Source: Eimeria praecox (Eukaryota). Taken from it: a stretch of DNA of 64,000 nucleotides. Both the position numbers and the translations under genes were made by a program. Where the stretch lies: the NCBI GenBank assembly GCA_963920595.1, contig OY986948.1:1116001-1180000 (forward strand), read 5' to 3'. Positions 43,565 to 57,315 of this stretch are shown here, piece by piece. Within the stretch, counting starts at the first letter, position 1. The number at the start of each line of letters is the position of its first letter. A model generated the notes under the pieces. It saw nothing but the letters and a program-made list of their open reading frames with translations, was not told where the DNA came from and did not search any database.

Positions 43565-44316
43565 TTACTTCATACGGGGCAGACTCCTGAGACGCAACAA
43601 ACTTGTACATGAAGAAAGAAAATTAATATACCGGTCTCTACCAGCAGCATCAATCGCTTCAGAGGATGTGGTAAGTAGTCGCAGCACTGTTAAGAGCAGC
43701 AGCAGAAACAAAAATGCCCCTGCTGCCTTACCTCCCTCGTGTATCAGTTAGTGTTGGGTATCTTTCATCGAAGTATTTCTGGAAAGATCCATATTCCCAG
43801 GCTCTTTCAACCCTCTTGGTCAAGAGTTTCATGTTCTTCCCCGTCCAGTGTATGTACTTCTGCAGGTGAAGCGTCAGTCGCTTCTTCGAGCCTTCTGGCG
43901 GATGGCGCGTCTCATAAAACATCCTGAAATATAATAGATCAGATCACATAACATGAAGGGACAAACCTGTGCCCCACAGTGTAGACCCACGAACAAAAGG
44001 AAGCATAAACAGCAGTACATAATCTCAGAACGTGGCCTGGCTGCCGGCGAGCACAGAAGTGCGCGTGCGCGTTTGTTCCCAGAAGATATCAAGGTGTAAA
44101 CACCTTCCGACATAAGCAAAAAATGCAACGCAATCTGCGCAAGACTCACACGTGCTTCCCCGCCCTTGGATCATGCTTCCTCAGAGCAATCCTCGTGCTC
44201 TTTTTGCTTGGTGACTTGTGCGTCATATAGTAAAAGTTCGACAGGGCGGCGCTCTTCAGCTGCACAAGTAGACGCTTGCTACGACTACGCAGCAAGCACG
44301 GAGAAAGAAAAAACAT
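43565..44316 (-). CDS. Organellar (probably mitochondrial) ribosomal protein bL33 with a C-terminal extension. Exons 44316-44150, 43923-43732, and probably 43586-43565 (alternative stop at 43728 if the last intron is not spliced)
   Basis: Spliced product MFFLSPCLLRSRSKRLLVQLKSAALSNFYYMTHKSPSKKSTRIALRKHDPRAGKHVMFYE... matches the bL33 pattern (R/K-x-LV-x-L-x-S...FYY...K...LRKxDP...HVxFxE); splice phase GT|G is consistent. Confidence 0.85.
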
Positions 44317-45734
44317 TTTATATATCGGGCTATAACCAGTCAGCCTAGAAGTACGCTGTATGCACACTCCATGACCCAGCGAAGCCCACGGGGACGGAGA
44401 TGATAACGAGGCCGACCAGAGTAAACCTTTGAGAGGGGAACAAGAAGAAGATCGCTGAAATAATACGACGAATGGGCGTTCTGTTGCTACATACTTCCGA
44501 AACACTGCAAAGAGCAGAGGCTTGAACGGTATGGCGGAGAGGCGAAGGGAGGGTGGAGGAACACTTAGCCAAGTCGCACTCTTTCAGTAAACACACAATC
44601 CCTGCCACCTCCAATAATTCATAAAATACAAAATTTCAACTATCTAACCGCTTTCTTCTTCAAGCAAATAATGCCTGGAATGTATTGGGGGGCCCAGCCC
44701 CGACACTGCATGCAGGGCATAACGATTGCGTCTTTTGACTCATAGGCTTGGTTCCTTCTAGCACATGCTAAGATGTTATATATATAATATACATAAACAT
44801 TATAAATAAGGCAAGTCGTATTACACACTAGCTCTTGTGACCCCGCCTATGTGAATGCCCACCTCAGACAGCAACGGTGAACACTCGAGCTGTTAACAGG
44901 GCTACAGTATTGAATGGCATTCTTATGCTGGCTGTGTCCTTGCGCTTAGCAGTACGCTGACGAAAGGAAGTAATCAGTATTGCAAGAGCTAAGTGAAGCC
45001 ACCTGATTCAGAAACGAAAGATAATGAGTCGATTATTATCTCCTGTTTCGTGTTTCCGCGTGGTGCTGGGCGTATGAACGAAGAGCAAGAGAATTCCATT
45101 GTGATCTTCCGTACACCGTAGAGTAGTTCTCTATGCATTTAGCGGCCCTTTTAGGATGTGAAGCGTTGCTCATCTTTCTTGTATTTGGCCCCATACATTC
45201 GGTACATCGCACCGCCCCGCTGATGCGCATCCTCCTAGGTATCATTCCGGCAGTTTTGGAGACGCCGGCAATTGCCTTCACCGTCCCTCTTTACCCGTGC
45301 ATGCAGGGGTCCAGGTGCCCTGTGAGCTGTCCTTCCAAAAGTTAAATGCAGGAAGCTTCACTGAAAAGGAGCTAGATAGTTCTATACCGCGAAGGGGAAT
45401 CAAATACTTGTACGCAAACAGCAGAGACACCTAGATTGCTGAAGACCTTAAACCTCTCAAGGGGAGAGGGAAGCTACGCCATCATTGGCTAGAGTTTATA
45501 ATAAAAGAAATCGCATTCCCTTCAGAGACTGGGCAGATTGGAAAGCCTGTTGCATCATCGAAATATTTCTTCTATTCGCGCGGAATATGCTATGAAATGC
45601 ATTGCTACTTCCATGACTGTTTGTGCCGTTGAGGCAAAACAACCTGTCTATACACCCCAAGCCAGCTCCCGCCAAACAATTGGCAACAGGAAATTACGCT
45701 GCCACTTGATCCCAGATTTCAGCTTTGTAGTGCT

Positions 45735-48700
45735 TCACAGTATTCTAATACGCGCTTCTGAAACGCCGAAGCGGTGAGCGCAGATAAACAAGAAGAGCAT
45801 GTAGCTCGTCATAATGAGCCATACAACAACTGCAGGCTGTAACAAAGTTCGAATAGAGATGTTCACAGCCCCCACACAAAAATTAGCAAGCAGGAATATG
45901 ATCAGCTGATTGTTGTTTGTTCCACAGAGTGCCCACTGCGGGCATACGCGAGCTGTACGCACAGAAACATAGCATAAGATGACATAAATAAGTTGCTCGT
46001 CATGCCAATAATCGATCTTCCCTGCAATTAGAAATACTGACTGCCTCATCACGCCCTTGCATTAATACTGCTTACAGTTCCTTGCTCACCAGCCAGTGCA
46101 TCTGAGAGGGTTGCTGTTGCCACAGCGAATAATTCAATGCCTCCAACGAATGCTACCCAAGTAAGATTAACAAAACGGCGACGGGCCAGAAGGCCAAATC
46201 CCTCTTGCAACGATAAACCAAAAGAAATAAACAGAAACGCAAAGCTGCATTGCACATGAGAGAGGCATGCATCCCGCAGTCCACGAGGAAGATGATAGAC
46301 CGATGCCAACCAGAAGAAATTTATAGATGCTAAACAAATGCATCGATGCAATAAAAGGTACAGCACCGCCTCTACGCCTGGTTGTATGGTTGTATGCAAA
46401 TGCGTAGAAATAACAAAGCAAAAGGTGAGCACAAAAATGACTGAACACAAGGTGGGAACACAAAGAAACTATAGGACGCTAGAATGGAACATACGCAAAG
46501 AAGAAATACAACGAAACAAACCCAGAGCTGTAGTGCATGGAAAAGACAAAAAACAACACGGGGATCCGTAGCAATAACAGAACACTAAGAGGGAATACAA
46601 GCAAATAACAGGAAGTAGCGGATACACAGGAATCCACAAGACAGAAATAAGGAATACAAAAAGATAAAGGAGTGGAAAACAGAACAGATGCGACTCACAA
46701 GTAAAGATGCAGAACGAGAGAAAGTAAATTCAGCCGCTTCGGGGACTTCCTGTAGAGCATGGCAAAAAGCCACAGGATAGCAGGCGAGATGAACAACAGA
46801 GAAGGCGGTGGCAACGGGCGAAGCAGCAGCAAGACAAAGTCATCGATATACAACAAGCATAGGAGAATAGCTGAGAGGTGCGATGGGACGCCTCATCACT
46901 GCTGGCTGACTCGGACTTCGTTTGCTGCGTAGGGACCCGGGTGATGACGAAGTGCCCCAAGGCGACGGCCATCAAGAATAAGCAAAGGAAGCCTGAAGCA
47001 TGTGCATGCATTCATACATGCATACGTGCTGAAATGCGTGGGACCGCATGCATCGTGCCGGATGCTGTCTACCCGCCACATGCAGTTCCCTTGCTTCGCT
47101 TAAATGCGCGCGTATGGGCGATTATGAGGAAAAGGGAAGCAGAAAGCACCAACAGCCGTCTTGCTACCTACCTATGGACCCCATAATCCCTTCCCTGTTG
47201 GACGAGAAGAAATCTGAAGCCAATCAGAGGCGCACAGACTAAATCTTAAAGCCTTTAACCCAAGCCTGTGTAAACGCGTGCTTACGATGCAAGTGAAAGG
47301 GTCTAAGGTCTACTAAGATTCACTTGTCCGTGGTCCTTCCATCATCCATTCATCAAGGTCGGCGGAAGAAATAATGATCTGATAGCCTGCACGCAAGCGT
47401 CGTTAAGAAGACACAATACTTGCCCATGCATCCCAAAGTACAAGCGGCCGAATCATGATCCTCCCCAGCTGCCCGCAAGCTACGATGCGCGTCGGTGTAG
47501 CCGCTAGGCTATCTTCCAGCCATTAGAGTTTCTGCTTGTGCAGGAACATAAGCAGCGGAGATGGTCAATATTTAGAATATGCAGGGACCCGGGGGGCGGG
47601 GCAGAACCCACAAACAAGAAGTAGTAAACCGACGGCTCCAGCCTTGTAAGGATGGCCGCTGTACTCGCACACCAGCTCGCCGACTGAGGGAAAAACACAG
47701 CAGCAGAGAATTCTGTGGACTGGCAGCAAGGAAAGTATAAGCAAGCCAATACAGGGGCGTATAGAGGTGGATGGCTATCTGCAAGGCATAAGGTGTCGCG
47801 TTCCAGGCTTAGCGGTTTAGGCTTTGCGAGGGTCCGATGCTTACACACGAAAACAACCATCAGGGTCATGTAGAAGTTCCAATGCAGGCCGTATTCTGTC
47901 TCTGAGACCTGCAGGCAAACAAGTACAGAGGTTAATTGGGAAAAATAAGCAAAACAAAACAAAGCGCGGGGAAGCGGCAGGCGGTCACACAGAAGGCCGG
48001 AACAAATATAGAAAAAGAGCTGTGAAAGAAACACATTCTGAAGGACGAACAATGTAGAGAGTCCCTCATGCCGTCCTTAGCTGTTTGAATCCTAAACGTC
48101 AACTGCAGAGAAACCAAATGAACTGAGAACAGCAGCTCCTCTTAATCCAACCTCCAGGCAACACCAGCAGCAGGAACAGCAGCAGAAGCAAGAACAGCAG
48201 CAGCAGCAGCTCACATGCAGATTTGTAAGCGACATGAAAATAAGCCTAATCAGCCCGAAGATGCCCAAGGGGCCGCTGTGAAGAGCCGCCCGGCTAACAG
48301 AGGCCCAGAGCGATCCGTGTTTCTTTGTACATCCTGAACAGGGTGAAAAAAGCCAGCAACGCGAAAGTACAGAATACAAAAGAATGGGGCAAGGCCTAGA
48401 AAGACTGCTCGGTGTAAAGCAATGAAATCACACCCACGACCACTACAAAGGAATAGAATTGCATGAATACGCGGGGCACAGCGTATTCGGGAATCCTGAG
48501 CCCTGTTCTAAAGGACTTAGTAATAGTCGTGTTGCATGCAGTGTTTAAATTGTCCGTAGAGCTGCAGAAACGAACCCTTGGCGTATGAAGAAACCATTCC
48601 TGAAGTGAAGATGATGCCGCCAACGCCCAAATCCATCTGTTTCAAACAAAACCTACTGAACCCTAAATTCAAAGCCCTAAACACTTAAGCATGGCTTACA

Positions 48701-51053
48701 GACCCTAAACCCCTAGGCATTCCTAAACAAGGCAGATGAACTTCAGCCAGCACTACCTCAGCGTCCAGCAAACCCTCAAAAGAGCCAGGGTGCAGTGGAC
48801 GCTAGCTAAGCAGCACTCGGCCTCAATCCCTAATCCCTCACCAGGGTCACTCCAGAGTTCACACTTTTGCAGAACTTCCGCGGAAAGGTCAGAAAGTCGA
48901 CGCCGAGGATCGCTGCACAAGCATACCCCCCAATTCGCATCACTAAATTGAATACACGAAACTGCAAATCCTAAGTGGCTGACCATCAAACTACATCATC
49001 TGGACTGGCTTCGTTTTAAACAATGGTTGGTTCGTGGCGGTTATGTGGAAGACGCACCCGCACAGGTGACGATCATCTGCATAGAGCGGTGATCTGCAAA
49101 GGGGATCAAGTGCCCACGACTAAAGAAAGCCACAGCCAAAGCAGCAACAGCCACAAGGACAACTATGGGGTTCAGCTGAAGAAGGCAATGCAGCTGGAGC
49201 AGCATGAGCTGCAGCAACAGCTGCAGACCGAATCTCTCGCTGCTTACTTATTCCTTAGCGTCGACAGTTCACCTCCTCCCCTGCAAAATCAAAAGGCGCA
49301 AAAGCCAGAGAACTACTAAGACACTCAGCGGTCCCAGTTCAAGTTTGCTGTGTCTCTACGAAGCACCTTACAACAGACAGCAGCCGAATCAGCAGTTGCA
49401 AAATACGTACTAAGGCAAACAGCAACAACAACAGAAGCAGCAGTACTAACAGCAGCACGCAGCATGGCCAATTCTAGCAGCTACTGGTAGTGATGATGTT
49501 GGCTCAACTGTCCCTGTGATGCATGTGAGACATATGCACATTCAGTTGTACGTACAGCAGGCGTTGTAAGGAGATAATGCCTGGAACTCCCCGGCATCTG
49601 TAAAGCCAATGCAGACACAGCATTTTCCCTGCTTTTAAGAAAAACAATGTAAGGGATATCCAGCCGTCGGAAGCCTCTGTACAGGCGGCTGTAGGCTGGA
49701 AGGCTTATGCAAAGCAAAAGGCCTTGCGTGTGAATGCATCTATGAAGGCGCTGAAGCATGCAGCGTGTGAGGGCTCACTCGCAGGTAGCAATACGTTAAT
49801 ATGCGCATACTCCTACATTGACACTTACGCATACATTGCATGCCAGCACGCGCACATTTGTGTACTCATATACACAAGTATATGCATCTATCTATATTAA
49901 TAGCTATATCCATAGCTATTGCTATGCATATCTATATCTATCTACACATACATGCGCACACCGCTAGAATTGTAAACAGGAACAGCCACAGATACCTAAG
50001 GGGCCTGAAGAGGGAGCTTTAGGGGAGCTACGTATGAACAGCTGCATCGTGCTACCCGGCTATATTAAGGGTGTCAGCGCAATGACGTGTTTATTTGGCA
50101 TAGCCAGCTACCTTTGCTGTTTGTGTTTTTGTTTGCTTGCAATTTTCATTATCTGTGTGTACGCACCTGACGATTGCTAGGGCACAGGCGATCCATTGGA
50201 GCCCCACGACGAGTAGTATGGGGATAGGGAAGAGAAAAGAGTAGCAAGGCAGTAGAAAACAACAAACAAAAGGGCTCAGCGCTGCTGGTGCAGCAGCAGG
50301 GAGAGACAAAAGTGCAGCGGCAGCAGCAGCAGCTGCTACCACTAGGGGCAGAGAAACAGGCGTCAAGAATATATACAAATACACGAAAAACAACAGATAG
50401 AAAGGAAGGAACAGCCGCTTAAACACAAGCACGCAGAATCTCCAAAGAGAGACATCACGAAACAGAGAGGCACCTAAGCATTTTTCTATAAGCAATTGAA
50501 GCTGCTGAGCCGTCAAAGGAGACACCTGAGGCAAACGCAGCACCAGAAGACCAGCGCCATCCCAATTATCAGTCCAGAATATAGACACGCCGCATGTGTG
50601 CATACATAATATATATACTATTTATATTTGTCTCAAACATTGTTCGTGCTGTGAACAGAAAGAACCGGGTTGTAGACAGCTGCAGCAGTTGCCAGGTCTT
50701 TCATGTTTACGTACAGCTATTAGCGTAATGCACGCCAGCAGCTCCACCATGTCCGGCTTTTCAAATTTGTCGTAGCTTCCAAATGTGAGGATGGACTTGT
50801 ACTGGTCATCGGACGCCGTTAAAGTGCAGTCACTTAAGAGTTCACCTAGGGCCCCCAGCGCGCCCGCCTCGGGGGTCCCCAGGGGAGGAGATCGTTGGGG
50901 GAAACCCGCAGAAATGAAGCGACTGCGTATGCCTGGGGGAATGTAACGTGGAGACCACGGGGCCGGACAGGCAAAGGCCTGCAGTAAGAAAGATGCTACA
51001 GTATTGGGGGGCCCCCAGAGGGAAGGGGCCCCCTTGGAGGTGGCCGTTTCCAT
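45735..51053 (-). CDS. GWT1: GPI inositol acyltransferase GWT1/PIG-W, multi-exon
   Basis: Hallmarks HRSMQMIVTCA-AILGVDFLTFPRKFCKSVNSGVTL-MDLGVGGIIFTSG (about 49095-48600), SETEYGLHWNFYMTL (about 47905-47860) and C-terminal NNNQLIIFLLANFCVGAVNISIRTL; many hydrophobic exons. Start at 51053 is tentative. Confidence 0.9.
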
Positions 51054-51995
51054 AAGGACTGCCCACGAAGCGGCAGAGGACCTATTAGGAATGAAAGTAA
51101 GAAGTCTCGTCAGGGCCTTCCTGTTAGGCTTCGGGGTTTAGGATTCAGGAATAAAGAAACATCGGATCGACTGAAGGGGGCACCGGGGGCCCCTGTGAAT
51201 CGTCTCGGCAGCAGTATAGGTCGCGGTCAAGGTATCCAGCAGGAATTAAGATAGGAAATAAAGAAATGGAAACAATTAAGTTATTCTAGTCACCCAGGAT
51301 ACATTGAAGTGTGCGGACACCCCAGCTCGCCGTGCATGGGCGGGCGGCCGCCGGCTGGTTTTTTATCGGCCGCGGTGGGCAGGTGGTGCTGCTGCGGGAT
51401 ATGTTCATTGGTTCCGTTTCCCCCTAATTTCAGGGGAAGGCAAATCGAATTTATAAAAATGCTGGAAAAATAGAATGAATCTTGACTTCTTTTCATTTGA
51501 CCCTTCGGACCGGAATTCGCCGCCTGCGACACGCAGACACCGGAAACGAGGCTCCAGCAAAGGTCCATTTCGTCTGTTCCTTGGGCTTCATTTTTTTATG
51601 TAATTGACTTATGCTCCACTCCTTCTCACACTGCCCGCCAGGGCATTCGAATTTCCTCTCTTCTGTCACTGCGACCTCAGCCTACCTGCCGGAACAGCTC
51701 GGTATCACCTCCCCTTGCTGCTGCCTTCAGGGGGCCCTAGAGGCCACAAGGGGCCCCACCTGAGCTCACAGGTAGATGGATGAGGAGGAATTCCTTAGAG
51801 AAGGCCGAAGGAGAAGTAGCTTCCTCGTAACACCACGGATGCTGATTGAGGCGTACGAGGGTTTCCACATGCCGCTCTGTGGAGAGTAGGACAGGGTTTG
51901 GGGTTCCGTGTTCGCTTTTTCTTGACAAGGGTTTGTACTTTTCAACGACAAAGGATTCAGTGGCCGAAGGAGAAGGCCAAAATTTAGTAGACAAA

Positions 51996-54900
51996 ATGGC
52001 GGTTGGAGCCCCCTGCGAAGTGGAAGACGGGGAGCTCTCACCTTCCCCTGCTGCTGCTCATCCCACTGTAGCAGCAGCAACGGCGCCCGTTCCAGTAGCA
52101 GCAAAGGCACCGGCTGTCGCAGCAGCTGCTGCAATTGAAGCATGCGATGCAGCAGACGACTTCTTCGAGGCAGTGTCTGCCCACCGGCAAGAGCAGGATC
52201 AAAGATATGCCAACGGAAACACCCCTCGCCCCTCCTCCATCCCTCTTTCAGGCGTACAGACACCTGAAGCTGAGGCTGGGAGTAGAGAGAGGGAGGGCCT
52301 CCAGCGCCACGCTGACGTGTCCTTGGGGGTTCTCCACATGTCAGAACCTCCGGATAGACCCCTGCCATCATCTGGGCCCCGCAGGGGCCCCCCCATAACG
52401 CCTTCAAGCAGCAGACCGTCTCAGGGGGACCCTCTTGGGGGGTCCCTACAAGTACCGCCTACTGTCCCTGTCATTTTGAGCCCTCATGAAGAGGAGGCGC
52501 ATGGGCGACCCCAGGGCCCACCCTCATCTACGAGCAGACCCCTTGAGGAGGCTCCTTCCGGAGGGCATAGGGGGCCCGGCTTTCCAGCCCCTCATAGCAG
52601 TAGAACTTCTGAAGGGGCACCTTTATTGGAGGCATCAGCGGCAGAAGCTGAGTCTGCTGCCCTGGAGCCACCGCCGACAGATAGAAGGGCCCCCACGGGG
52701 GCCCTACAGGAAACTGCCCGCTCGCGGGGGGGTCCAAGTTCTGTTCGGTCTTTGTTATCACCAGCAGGTAGCATAGTTGGCATGCTGCAGCAGCAGCAGC
52801 CAAAACAACTACAGCAGCAGCACCAGCCACAACAACCACAGCAGCGGCAGCAGCAGCCACAGCAGGAACAGCAGCCACAGCAGGAGCAGCAGCCACAGCA
52901 GGAGCAGCACCAGCAACAAGAGCAGCAACAACGGCAGCAGCCGCGGAGGCAGTCAGACGCCAAGAGAGCCCTTCTGCCTCTAGACCTACAGAAAGCGCAT
53001 CATGTGAGTTTACATTAATTCAAGCTACTGCTGCTGCTGCAAGTTTTGCTGTCGTTGCATTTGTACTTGCGGATGCGGCTCTTGCTGCTACTTCATGGAA
53101 TTTCTATGTTGTGTGGGTTGTGTCTTCAGCAACGCATGCAGACGATCGACATCCAAAGGGGAACAGAAGCCCTGGAAGGCCCCATAGCGGTGGTGGGAGT
53201 CACGGGCAGTCTGAGCCTCGTACTGTTTGAGCTGACAGAGCTTCTGCTCTGCATGATTGAACTGAAGCGGATGCGTTCTTAGTGTTCTTATTGTCGTGGG
53301 TTTGTCTGCAGGCACCGGACGAGGACTTATTAGATCAATTGCACAAACTCTCTACGAAGATCCAGGCGCAAGAAGACGAGAAGGTAGCTCAGCATCTGCA
53401 GCTGCCGCGTTGTTTTGGCTTGCATGCTAGTAGTAGCTATGGGGTTTGTTAGGGGGAGAGGGCCCCCTTGAACATAAGCTTTAGGGTTTAGGGTCTTGAC
53501 TCTGCGCTGCAGCGGGTCATGGCGGAGGAGAGTTTCCAGTTGGAACAAATCCTTAAGCGGCAGTACCATGCAGACATTCGACAGAAGTCCGAGCAAAACA
53601 GGCAACTAGCTCTCGACAACCAGACCCTCAGGCAGCAGATCGTACGCAGACCTAAAGATGTATTACAGCCGCACATGCCGGCATACCACATGGCTGCCAT
53701 GGGTTTTAATGTGGCTTTCTAGGGTTTAGAGCGTAGGGTTGGGGCGTTTTTTTGGGTTGTAGGGCATGAAAAACTTAGTAGGAGGGCTGATGGTTGTTCG
53801 CCCATCTGTTAGCGCAGCTTGTGGGCTCTTTCTAGTTTTCATTTTCCTCACAAGCTTATCAACTACTAGCCCCTTAAGACCGGATGTTCTGGAGTGTTGG
53901 TTTGGGGGCTTCAGGAGAAACTGAACGCGGAGTGTGAAGGGCTGAGAGGAGCTGTTGCACTTGCTGAAGAGGTCATGGGGAGCTTCTTCCAGCGTCTCAC
54001 TCGACCGCGTCTCGATGCACCTCCCAGCCAGCAAGTTAGCCTGCACGAACCAACGTGGACGACGCAAGTACAGGGCAGATACCTGCGTCCAGATGTACAT
54101 ACAGCTTATTTCGTTGGTGGCCTCCTGGTCGTCTTCACTACATCTTCTTCCGTGATACGGGGGGCGGCGCCTGTGCCTGCAGCCGAGAAAAGGGGGTTGG
54201 AAGCCTGCGGGATTTTGTTTTGGGTTTTTGCTTCAGGAAGAAGATTTAGTTCCCTCAGCCTCTTCTGATTCGGCTCTGGAGATTCGACTTAATGCATTGT
54301 TCACAACTTTAAGAAACGCGTTAGCTGCCGAAGAAGACACTCTCGACCCCTCAGCACAACAGGTGAGAGATAGCCACTGCAAGTTAAACAAACTGGCTGT
54401 CTCAGCTTCATACAGTTCAGCGTACAAATAGAGCTCAGGATGTATACAAATCTAGATGGAAAGCATTAGAAATGGCCCCCACTGCAGCTCTTCATAGTAT
54501 CCGGATTCGAACCCTAGACACTGATTGCCTGGTGCTCTTGCGGGTGTTTCTGATGGCTGCAGGAACTGCAGCAGCGGCTAGAAGGGGCAGTCGCCCTATG
54601 TCGTGCAACGTCTGCCGCTGCTGCTGCTGCGGCGGCGGCCTCCATGTCCCCCAGGCCTTTGGAAAGCCTCCCGGAGGATGCTCAAGGGGTTGTTGGGTGG
54701 ACACTTGAGGGTGCCCAGCCTCCATGGCCGTCCACGCCTGCTGCAGCGCCAGCCACTGGGGTTGAACCAGCAGTAGCAGGGATTGGGCCTCTTCAGCAGG
54801 AAAAGAGGGCCCCCGTTGTAGGAGTAGAGACGGCCCAGCCGAGCAGCGAGGCCCAGCTGGAAAGCCTTAAGCTGCAGATCGAGAGACTTCGCGAGAATTT

Positions 54901-57087
54901 GGGTGCCTTCACGGAAGGATTGCTGCATGCACACGAAAGTGAGATGAAGCGATCCCGCAGCAACTTCCTTAGGGCGTTTCTAGCAATTAGGAGAGTCTAT
55001 GGATGGCTGTCTACGCCTAACGCAGTTGTGTTGCCTTAGGAATGCAAGTAACACACTTCTGATATGCCTGCCTGGAAAAAGGTGTTAAATTGCACTCATG
55101 CACGGCACATGCTTGCTTCTGCCTATATTTCAGTTTGTGCTTTGGTGTGTTCTGCATTCTTCCAGAGCACCTCGAAACCCATAGGCTCCCTAGCGTCGCT
55201 GCTAGACCCGAGGGCCGCCCAGAACAGGTAGAGGCCGCCAAGTATGTGGATGTCTCTCCAGTGGACATGGCCTTCTCCAAGTCCCCCGTAGCAAAGGAGG
55301 TTCATCTCGCTGCGCCCGAAAAGGACCTCACCCGGGTCGCGCCGCCCGCAGCAGCAGCAGCACAAGCACCAGCAGCAGTGGGGGCCCCGAAGGGCGCTCC
55401 AGCCTACATGGGCCCCTTCGGTCCTTCAGCAGTTGGGAAAACAAAGTCTCTATGGGGTGCTGCTAAAGATAAAGGAGCGCCAATGCTCCAGTTGCCACAG
55501 CAGACTGAAAAAGTACGGGGTGCTGTGCTTCGTCCTGCTGTGCCGCAGTCAAGGCAGCAGCAGTACAATAGCCCTTGCAATACAGAAGGAGGATGGGGTT
55601 CGTGCTTGCCCTCTAATGGCGGGGGGCCTTTCGATGCTTGCTGTGAAAAGCCCCCCAGACCAGGGGTGGTATTACCACCTCTCAAGCAGCGACAGCAACA
55701 GAGTAGCAGGGGGCCCTGCGGCCGTCAGAGGGGCCCCTCCAAAGGACGATCCACCCTGCTGGGACCCCCTGGAGGGCTACCCGTCTCCGCATCTGCGGCT
55801 AGTCTACTGCCAGCCCTGAAGCCAGCTTCATCTGCAGCAGCAGCTGCTGCTGCGGCTTCTCGCGCCTCCAGAGGGGGACTCATGGGCTCCGCATCAGCAG
55901 TTGACCTTTCTGTGGTGGGAAGGCCCCTAGGGCCTCCTCGCGCGGCCCCAACCCATACGGCGTCGCTTTACACAGGCCCTAGGTACGGGCACTATCCTGC
56001 CCCCGTTGGGCCCCTGCAGGGAGGCCCTGTCTTGGGGCCCCTTCCTGTTCCCCGGAGGGTGCAGCAACGAGCCGTGTTACCGACAGCATCTAGCGGGAAG
56101 CCGTGGGCTGCTTCCTCCCGTAGCAACAGCAGCAACGGAAAAGTATTTAGCCGTACAAGACGTAGTTGCTCTCCTATAAAGGAGAGATGGGAGGATGCTC
56201 CAGCTAAGGGGGCCACCAGGAGGGACCCCTCCTCTGAACTTCCTGGGGCTGGGCTTGCTATTGAGTCAAAGGTTAGCCCCTCAGCAGCCGATTCCAGAGG
56301 AGGAGGAGGGCCTCATGGAACTCGCCTTCGAAACCCTTCTCTTGTTCGGGAGGACTGGGGGTCGCCTGGGGCCCACAGACCGGCGGAGCTAGGCGGGCCC
56401 CGGGGCGCACCGCGTCCCTTGCTCAGGGGCCCTTTGCTGTATGCTGTAACGCCTACCAGAGAGCTGTCTCCTGTGGGGATGACGCCGGTTGAATGGAGCA
56501 AAGGAGGGGCCTCTCTGTACACAGAAGGTATGGGGGACTATGCAGGCGCTAGCGGTGCCCGAGGTGCTGCTGCTCTGAACCAAGATGCAGCGGCACTAGC
56601 AGGGAGACTGGTTTCGCCCTCATCAGGCGCCTTTGTGCATTCGTACAGCCAGCCTCCCATAAGGGCATCCCCTATGGAGGCGGTAGCGCACCTGAGCCAC
56701 GCTCTGCTTCAGCAGCAGCAGCAGCAGGCGTTCCTCATGTCCCTCAAGTCTCCAGCAACAGTAGCACCAGCAGCAACAGTAGGAAATGGAGGCATTCTCC
56801 GAAGCCCTCTAAATGCGTACAGCCCCGTCGACTGCAGATGTGTCACCCCTTCTAGTGTGATATCGCCTCCGCTTGCTGCCGTATCGGGGGGTCGGGGGGC
56901 CGCCCATGGGGGCCCCTCTCCGACGGCAGGGAGAAGCGGGGGCCCCTGGGGAGCATGTGGCTTGCTAAGTCCTCTGTGCTATTCGAATCCCACTCTCAAA
57001 AGCCCAAACAGTAGCCGAAGCAGCAGCAACATCCACAACATACCGCGACAGAAGGACGTGGGAGAGTGGGCCCAATCTAGGCCCTGA
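51996..57087 (+). CDS. Hypothetical low-complexity protein with a central coiled-coil; exons about 51996-53003, 53312-53382, 53513-53641, 53915-54033, 54237-54362, 54563-55000, 55166-57087
   Basis: Long P/A/G/Q-rich terminal exons. Small internal exons give heptad-like helices (LLDQLHKLSTKIQAQEDEK; FQLEQILKRQYHADIRQKSEQNRQLALDNQTLRQQI; EKLNAECEGLRGAV; QLESLKLQIERLRENL). Confidence 0.65.
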
Positions 57088-57315
57088 GGAGTGATCCTTA
57101 TGCCTGCGTTTTTGTAGTACGAGTATTCACCTGATGCTTGTTCTTCGTTTAAGTCTTTGGCATGTCGCAATAGCCGGGAACTGGCCTCTGGCACTGCACG
57201 CATGCACCAGGTACACCAGACTCTTGGCCCCGCAGGCGAAAGGGGCCCCGACGGCGGGCTCTTGTTGCGGCTCTGCCCGAAGCGGAAGATGCTGAAGTCC
57301 CTCGTAGACGGGGAT

